Below, piece after piece: positions 12,700 to 17,904 of a DNA stretch of 17,904 nucleotides; positions within the stretch are counted from its first letter, which is position 1; each line of letters starts with the position of its first letter. Origin of the DNA: Thermus albus (lineage in GTDB: Bacteria; Deinococcota; Deinococci; Deinococcales; Thermaceae); the NCBI RefSeq assembly GCF_022760855.1, contig NZ_JAKTNR010000018.1, positions 1 through 17,904 of the forward strand, written 5' to 3'. The translations under genes and the position numbers were made by a program. The notes below the pieces were generated by a model, which did no database searches, had not been told where the DNA came from, and saw only the letters and a list, made by a program, of their open reading frames with translations.

Positions 12700-13407
12700 C
12701 TACACCTCCAAAAGGGCCTCGAGGGCCACCTCCACCATACGCCTTAGGCTTTCCTGCAGCACCTCAGGAGGCGCCAGCTCGGGATCGCCAATGCGGTTGG
12801 AGACCGCTAGGATGGCCCCGGTTCGCACACCCCGCATCTTACCCAGAAGGAAAAGGGCGCTGGCCTCCATCTCAAAGGCCAGAACCCCGTACCGGGCCCA
12901 GGCCCTGGCGCCCTCCGGGGTGGTGGCGTAGAAGGCATCCTCGGTGGCCACCAGCCCCACATGGTGGGGGTAACGCCTTTGCTCCGCCTGGTTCCAGAGG
13001 GCGCGGAAGAGATCGGCATCGGGCACGGGAGCGTAGGGGCGGCCCTCCAGGTACTGCCGGGTGGCCCCGTCCAAGGGTATGGCCCCCTGGGCGATCACCA
13101 GGTCCCCGGGGGCCAGGCCCTCGTCCACCGCCCCACAGGTGCCCACCCTAAGCAGCACCCTGGCCCCCAGGCTCACCAACTCCTCGGCCACAATGCTGGC
13201 GGAAGGGGCCCCCATGCCCGTGGTCTGCACGGAAACCGGCACCCCCCGGTACCGCCCAGTGAAGCCCAAAAGGCCGCGGTGCGAGGTGTAAAGCCGGGAT
13301 TCCTCTAGAAACGTCTTGGCGATCCACTCCGCCCGGCCCGGGTCCCCAGGCAGAAGCACCTTTTCGGCCACATCTCCTTTGGCTCCCCGCACGTGGATGG
13401 GGCTCAT
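12700..13407 (-). CDS. deoD: Purine nucleoside phosphorylase, DeoD (hexameric) type
   Basis: 235 aa with LLPGDPGRAEWIA, GFTGRYRGVPVSVQTTGMGAPSASIVAEEL and LRVGTCGA, as in DeoD-family PNPs. Confidence 0.85.
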   Translation of the reverse strand: MSPIHVRGAKGDVAEKVLLPGDPGRAEWIAKTFLEESRLYTSHRGLLGFTGRYRGVPVSVQTTGMGAPSASIVAEELVSLGARVLLRVGTCGAVDEGLAPGDLVIAQGAIPLDGATRQYLEGRPYAPVPDADLFRALWNQAEQRRYPHHVGLVATEDAFYATTPEGARAWARYGVLAFEMEASALFLLGKMRGVRTGAILAVSNRIGDPELAPPEVLQESLRRMVEVALEALLEV

Positions 13408-13418
13408 ACCGCCCCATT

Positions 13419-14048
13419 TTAAAGGCGCAAGGTGGGCAGGCCTTCCACCAAGGCCTCGTCATGGGTGGAAAGAAGGAGGGCCGCCCCCACCTCCTGGGCC
13501 AGCTCCTCCAAGAGCCTGAGCACCTCTTTGGCCTGGGTGCGGTCCAGGCTAGCGGTGGGCTCGTCCGCCAAAAGGAGCCTGGGCCTAAGGTAAAGGGCCC
13601 GGGCCACCGCCACCCGCTGCCGCTCCCCACCCGAAAGCCTTTGGGGAAGGAAATCCGCCCGTTCCCTAAGGCCCAGCCGGGAAAGGAACCAAAGGGCATG
13701 GCCCCGGTCCACCTGGCCTGCCAGGTAGCCGGGGGCCAGAACGTTCTCCAAGGCGGTGAGCTCAGGGAAGAGGAAGTGGTGCTGAAATACAAGGCCCATA
13801 AAACGGAGCCGTTTCCTGGCCAACATCCCCTCGGGAAGGCCCCGGATGGGGGTTCCCTCCCAGTACACCTCCCCCTCCTGCAGGGGTAAAAGCCCCGCCA
13901 GGAGGTGGAGAAGGGTGGTTTTGCCGCTCCCCGAGGGGCCCAAGACGGCCAGGGCCTCCCCGGGGCCTAATCTTAGGGAAACCCCCCGGAAAAGGTGGCC
14001 GTTCCCGTAGGAGAATCCCAGGCCTACCGCCTCCAGGACCGGGTCCAC
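13419..14048 (-). CDS. ABC transporter ATP-binding protein (LolD/FtsE-like size)
   Basis: 209 aa with a GTG start. It carries Walker A (GPSGSGKTT), the ABC signature (LSGGERQRVAVARAL) and Walker B (LLLADEPTASLD). No permease gene is adjacent within the window. Confidence 0.85.
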   Translation of the reverse strand: MDPVLEAVGLGFSYGNGHLFRGVSLRLGPGEALAVLGPSGSGKTTLLHLLAGLLPLQEGEVYWEGTPIRGLPEGMLARKRLRFMGLVFQHHFLFPELTALENVLAPGYLAGQVDRGHALWFLSRLGLRERADFLPQRLSGGERQRVAVARALYLRPRLLLADEPTASLDRTQAKEVLRLLEELAQEVGAALLLSTHDEALVEGLPTLRL

Positions 14049-14060
14049 CTTCTAATCCTC

Positions 14061-14089
14061 TAGGCAAAAGATGAAGCCTCGGTTAGAGT
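14061..14089 (+). promoter_or_regulatory. Putative promoter giving a leaderless or near-leaderless CRP/FNR mRNA
   Basis: TAGGCA (14061-14066), a 17-nt spacer and TAGAGT (14084-14089). The ATG lies 7 nt downstream at 14097 with no SD. Confidence 0.35.
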
Positions 14090-14096
14090 AAGGCCG

Positions 14097-14747
14097 ATGC
14101 CCGCATCCCCTCTTTTCCAGGATATGGGCCCGGAGGAAATCCATCTGGCCCGCTCCTACTTCCAACCCTTGGCCTACCCCAAGGGTAAACCCATCTTCCA
14201 CCAGGGGGACCTGGGCCAGGCCCTTTACCTGGTGGAGGAGGGTTGGGTGCGCCTCTACCGCACCCATCTGGGAGGCCAGGAAAAGATCCTGGGGTTCCTA
14301 GGGCCCGGGGAGGTCTTCGGGGAGATGAGCCTTTTGGACGGGGGGGAACGAAGCGCCAGCGCCGTAGCGGAGGAGGACACCCTTCTTCTGGTCCTTTACC
14401 GGGAGACCTACTTTGGGCTCATCCGCCGCCTTCCCCTCTTCGCCCACAACCTGGCCAAGATCCTCGCCCGCCGCCTGCGGGAACTCAACCTGGAGCTGGA
14501 CCTTCTGGCCTTTGAGGAGGCCAGAAGCCGCGTGGCCTACGCCCTCTTAAAGCTTCTTCGCCAAGGGTATGAATCCCGTCTGGCCCTCCGTCACCAGGAC
14601 CTGGCGGCCCTGGCCGGGGTGAGCCGGGAGACCACCACCCGGGTCCTCCACCAGCTAAAAGACCAAGGCATCCTGCGGCTCTCCGCGGGGATAGTGGAGG
14701 TGGCGGACCCCAGGCTTTTGGAGGAGGTGGCCTTTGGCCTGGTCTGA
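14097..14747 (+). CDS. CRP/FNR-family transcriptional regulator
   Basis: 216 aa. It has a cNMP-binding fold (GDLGQALYLVEEGWVRLY...GEVFGEMSLLDGGERSASAVA) and a C-terminal HTH (QDLAALAGVSRETTTRVLHQLKDQGIL). Confidence 0.85.
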   Translation: MPASPLFQDMGPEEIHLARSYFQPLAYPKGKPIFHQGDLGQALYLVEEGWVRLYRTHLGGQEKILGFLGPGEVFGEMSLLDGGERSASAVAEEDTLLLVLYRETYFGLIRRLPLFAHNLAKILARRLRELNLELDLLAFEEARSRVAYALLKLLRQGYESRLALRHQDLAALAGVSRETTTRVLHQLKDQGILRLSAGIVEVADPRLLEEVAFGLV

Positions 14748-14771
14748 GGAAACCGAGTCGGAGGACCTTCC

Positions 14772-15566
14772 ATGCGCTTGAAGGTGGACGTTCTCCCCAC
14801 GGAGGGGTTGGTCTACCCCGATGTGGTCCTGGTGGTGGATGTGATCCGCTCCACCACCACCGCCGTCTGCTTCCTGGAGGGAGGGGCGGAGGCCCTGTAC
14901 TTGGTGCCCAGCCTCGAGGCCGCCCGGACCTTCAAGGACCGGGACGTGCTCCTGGCGGGGGAGGTGGGGGGGTTAAAGCCCCCGGGGTTTGACCTGGGAA
15001 ACTCCCCCCGGGAGGCCCTCGAGGCCCCGGTGGGAGGCAAGACCGTGGTGATGAGCACCACCAACGGCACCAAGGCCGCCCACGTGGCCGCAAGGACCGC
15101 CAAGCACGTGCTCCTGGCCTCCCTCTTTAACGCCCACGCGGCCGCCCGCCTGGCCCGGGAGCTGGCCACGGAGGAGGTGGCCATCCTGGCTGCCGGGAAG
15201 GAGGGGCGGGTGGGCCTGGACGACCTCTACACCGCCGGGGTCCTGGCGGAGTACCTAGGCCTTCTGGGGAAAGTGGAACCCGAGGATGGGGCCAGGATCG
15301 CCTTGGCGGTGAAGCGCAACTTCCAGGACCCCCTGGAGGCCCTCACCCTCTCCGCCGCCGCTTCGGCCCTTAAGGGAGTGGGCCTCGAGGCCGACGTGCC
15401 CTTCTGTGCCCAGGTGGCCAAAAGCGCCGTGGTCCCCGTCCTCACGGGCCGGGTGGGGGAGGCCCTCATCTTCAAGGTGGCCCCCTTCGGGGTGGCCAAG
15501 CGGGCGGTCCCCGAAACCCTAAAGCAGCCGGGGAACCAGGCGCAGGAAAAGGACCATCCCCAGTAG
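14772..15566 (+). CDS. comB: 2-phosphosulfolactate phosphatase family protein (ComB-like)
   Basis: Contains [22 protein letters not shown] and [10 protein letters not shown], which match the ComB family pattern. The SD GGAGGA lies upstream. The last 48 nt overlap the convergent permease gene, so the true C-terminus is uncertain. Confidence 0.7.
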   Translation: MRLKVDVLPTEGLVYPDVVLVVDVIRSTTTAVCFLEGGAEALYLVPSLEAARTFKDRDVLLAGEVGGLKPPGFDLGNSPREALEAPVGGKTVVMSTTNGTKAAHVAARTAKHVLLASLFNAHAAARLARELATEEVAILAAGKEGRVGLDDLYTAGVLAEYLGLLGKVEPEDGARIALAVKRNFQDPLEALTLSAAASALKGVGLEADVPFCAQVAKSAVVPVLTGRVGEALIFKVAPFGVAKRAVPETLKQPGNQAQEKDHPQ

Positions 15567-16448
15567 CTCCACCAGGGACTGGAACACGATGACCAGGGGA
15601 GCCAGGCCCGCCTCGGGTACGGCCAGGCTTAAGGGGAGCACCAAAAAGGAGTTCCGGGTGCCCAGGCTGAAGGCCAGGGTCCTGCCCGCCTTGGGGGGAA
15701 GGCGGAATGACCGGGCCAGGGAAAGGGCCAAGCCCAAGGCCAAGACCAGGTACAGGACAAATACCCCAAGCAAGGGGAGAACATACCCCCATAGCCCCGG
15801 CAAAAGGCCCGCATGCCCCAGGGCCACCAGGAAGACCACCAGGGCCAGAAGGGGCACGGGCCAGGAGGTGGTCCGGGACACTAGCGCCTTTCCCCAGGGG
15901 CGGCCCTGTACCCAGAAGGCCAGGAAAAGGGGCAGGAGGACCACCAGGCCCGCCCCCACCAGGGTCTCTGGGTCCGGGTGGTAGGCCGATAGCGCCTCCC
16001 CGAAGAACAGTAGAAGGTAAAGGGGCAGAAGGGCGAGTTGCAGGAGGAGGTTCAGGGGCGTCAGGACCAGGGCCCGGGCCATATCCCCCCGGCCTAGGTA
16101 GCTAAAGGCTAAAAACCAGTCGGTGCAGGGCACCAGGAGGACCAAGGCCACCCCCAGGCGAAGCCCCGGTTCCGGAGGCAGGAGGTGGAGGAGGCCATAT
16201 ACGCCCAAGGGCACCAGGAGGAAGTTCCCCACCAACCCCGCCAGGAGAAAGGCCCGGTCGCGGAAAGCTTGGCGCAGGGCGCGAAAGGGTACCGGCAAAA
16301 AGGTGAAGAAGAGCAAAACGGCCAACGCTGGCCAGAGCAGGACCTCGCCCCAAGGGGCAAGCCCAGGGAAAGCCAACCCCAAGGCCACCCCCAGGAGAGC
16401 CGCCCCCAGGTATAGGGGAAGCTGGTAGCGCTCCAAGAGGCCCCCCAC
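15519..16448 (-). CDS. Multi-pass permease, ACR3 / bile acid:sodium symporter (SBF)-like
   Basis: 309 aa and very hydrophobic, with about 8-10 TM segments. [19 protein letters not shown] resembles the ACR3/BASS signature region. The GTG start lies 5 nt after the upstream M20 stop. Confidence 0.55.
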   Translation of the reverse strand: MGGLLERYQLPLYLGAALLGVALGLAFPGLAPWGEVLLWPALAVLLFFTFLPVPFRALRQAFRDRAFLLAGLVGNFLLVPLGVYGLLHLLPPEPGLRLGVALVLLVPCTDWFLAFSYLGRGDMARALVLTPLNLLLQLALLPLYLLLFFGEALSAYHPDPETLVGAGLVVLLPLFLAFWVQGRPWGKALVSRTTSWPVPLLALVVFLVALGHAGLLPGLWGYVLPLLGVFVLYLVLALGLALSLARSFRLPPKAGRTLAFSLGTRNSFLVLPLSLAVPEAGLAPLVIVFQSLVELLGMVLFLRLVPRLL

Positions 16449-16453
16449 CCCGC

Positions 16454-17767
16454 CTAGCCCCCTTGGACCAAAAGCTCGTAGAAGCGCCTTAGAGTAGCGA
16501 TGCCCTTCTCCAGGTTCACCAAGTCAAACTTCTCGTTGGGAGCGTGGAGGTTGTCGTCGGGAAGCCCCAAGCCCAAGAGGACGATGGGGGCTCCCAAAGC
16601 CTCTTGGAGTTCCGCCACCACCGGGATGCTCCCGCCTTCCCGGGTGTACACCGGAGGCCTGCCCCAGACCTCCTCCAGGGCCTGGGCCATGAGGCGCATG
16701 GGGGGGCTAAAGGGGTCGGTGAGAACAGGTTTGCCCCCGTGGAGGCGGAGGATCTCCATGGTGTAACCGGGCGGGCAGATCCCCCGCAAATAGGCCTCTA
16801 CCAAGTCCCCCACCTCCTCCGGGTCCTGGTCCGGCACCAGGCGCAAGGAAACCTTGAAGCCCGCCTCGGCGGGGATCACCGTCTTGGAACCCTCCCCCTG
16901 GTACCCTCCCCAGATGCCATTCGGGTCCAGGGTGGGCCGGGTCCAAAGCCTCTCCAAGGGGCTAAAGCCCTCCTCCCCAGGCAGCACCTCCACCCCAAGC
17001 TCCCTCTTCAAGGCCTCCTCGTCCAAGGAGGGCCAGAGCCTTTTCTCCTCCTCCGAAACCTGCCGAACTCGGTCGTAAAGGCCGGGAACCAGGATCCTCC
17101 CGGTTTTTTCGTCCTTTAACTTAGATAGAATCCACCCAATGGCTTGGATGGGGTTGGGAGCCACGCCGCCGAAACTTCCGGAGTGCAGGTCCCGCCGGGC
17201 CCCCCTCAGGCGCACCTCCAGGTAGGCCAGGCCCCGTAGGCCATAGGTGAGGGTGGGGGTGAGGGGGGCGAACATGGCCCCATCGGAGATAAGGACCACG
17301 TCGGCTTTGAGCTTCTCCCGGTGCTCCCGCACGAAGGGAAGAAGGCTCGGGCTGCCGATCTCCTCCTCCCCTTCCACCAACAGCTTCACGTTCACCCGGG
17401 CGGGCAGGTCCTCGAGGGCCGCCACATGGGCCCAAAGCTGCCCCTTATCGTCGGAGGCCCCCCGGGCGTACACCTTTCCTTCCCGCACCGTGGGGACGAA
17501 GGGGGGGGTTTCCCACGGCTCCAGGGGATCCGGGGGCTGGACGTCGTAGTGGCCGTAGACCAGAACCGTGGGGGCCTTGGGGTCCAGGAAGCGCTCGGCG
17601 TAAAGGATGGGATGCAGGGGGGTCTCATGGAGCTCGGTGTGGAAACCCCGCTCCCTAAGCCTCTCTGCAAGCCAGAGGGCCGCCTTGCGAAGGTCTTCCT
17701 TTCGGGCCGGGTCGGTGGATACCGAGGGGATGGACAAGAACTCCAAAAGGGGCTCTAGCGTCTTCAC
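16454..17767 (-). CDS. M20-family metallopeptidase (dipeptidase / ArgE-DapE-CPG2-like)
   Basis: 437 aa with a GTG start. Contains LVYGHYDVQPPDPLEPW, ARGASDDKGQL and EGEEEIGS, the M20 metal-binding and catalytic motifs. Confidence 0.85.
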   Translation of the reverse strand: MKTLEPLLEFLSIPSVSTDPARKEDLRKAALWLAERLRERGFHTELHETPLHPILYAERFLDPKAPTVLVYGHYDVQPPDPLEPWETPPFVPTVREGKVYARGASDDKGQLWAHVAALEDLPARVNVKLLVEGEEEIGSPSLLPFVREHREKLKADVVLISDGAMFAPLTPTLTYGLRGLAYLEVRLRGARRDLHSGSFGGVAPNPIQAIGWILSKLKDEKTGRILVPGLYDRVRQVSEEEKRLWPSLDEEALKRELGVEVLPGEEGFSPLERLWTRPTLDPNGIWGGYQGEGSKTVIPAEAGFKVSLRLVPDQDPEEVGDLVEAYLRGICPPGYTMEILRLHGGKPVLTDPFSPPMRLMAQALEEVWGRPPVYTREGGSIPVVAELQEALGAPIVLLGLGLPDDNLHAPNEKFDLVNLEKGIATLRRFYELLVQGG

Positions 17768-17904
17768 GCCCCCATGCTACCCTCTTCGGGGAAGGACCTG
17801 CCCTCCTCCAGAAGGAGGAGCTTGAGCCGGGCCACCTCGGCCTCAAACCGGGTCTGCAGGGCCTCCAGCTCCGAACGAAGCCGCATGATCTCCTCCACCC
17901 CCGC
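17764..17904 (-). CDS. C-terminal 46 codons of an unidentified protein that continues beyond the right window edge
   Basis: My own translation of the minus strand gives ...AGVEEIMRLRSELEALQTRFEAEVARLKLLLLEEGRSFPEEGSMGA*. The stop overlaps the M20 start as GTGA. The fragment is coiled-coil-like and I can assign no family. Confidence 0.3.
   Translation of the reverse strand, partial: AGVEEIMRLRSELEALQTRFEAEVARLKLLLLEEGRSFPEEGSMGA

Noticed and set aside
15519-15566. A 48-nt convergent overlap between the ComB-like gene and the permease gene
   Set aside because: This is most likely a stop-codon-poor 3' extension of one ORF in GC-rich DNA. The conserved ComB core ends well before the overlap. 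Nothing suggests a functional antisense arrangement.

Overview
The window is high-GC Thermus-type chromosome, about 68-70% GC by hand-counted 120-nt samples. Its left 6.7 kb is a lower-GC insert (about 56-59% GC) on a single strand. Positions 1-5606 carry the full gene order of a filamentous phage (inovirus): Rep_trans-type rolling-circle initiator, small ssDNA-binding-size protein, three unannotated 30-34 aa hydrophobic ORFs, a 46-aa major coat protein that matches my recollection of the Thermus phage PH75 coat, a 564-aa pIII-like adsorption protein with thrombospondin-type-3 Ca-binding repeats, a pVI-like membrane protein and a Zot/pI assembly ATPase. No secretin, repressor, or tyrosine/serine integrase is present. 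Directly downstream, on the same strand and with the same composition, lies an IS110-family DEDD/Ser recombinase gene (5759-6676). It is preceded by a 150-nt non-coding leader with the layout of an IS110 bridge RNA: a 9-bp closing stem, two copies of an 18-nt hairpin-forming repeat, and four flanking guide-like segments. Two of those segments match opposite strands of the exact point where phage-like composition switches to host composition (6721-6737), overlapping on a GT dinucleotide. A third is complementary to the first 7 nt of the window. My main hypothesis is that this inovirus uses a bridge-RNA-guided IS110 recombinase as its integration module. The competing model is an independent 1.1-kb IS110 element at 5607-6729. 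The left junction lies at or beyond the window edge and cannot be seen. The remaining 11 kb is ordinary Thermus housekeeping: a degenerate PGM-like protein, an MBL hydrolase, an acyl-CoA synthetase, DUF2267, an HD hydrolase, a crotonase, DeoD-type PNP, an ABC ATPase, a CRP/FNR regulator, ComB, an ACR3/BASS-like permease and an M20 peptidase. No rRNA, tRNA or CRISPR array was recognised.
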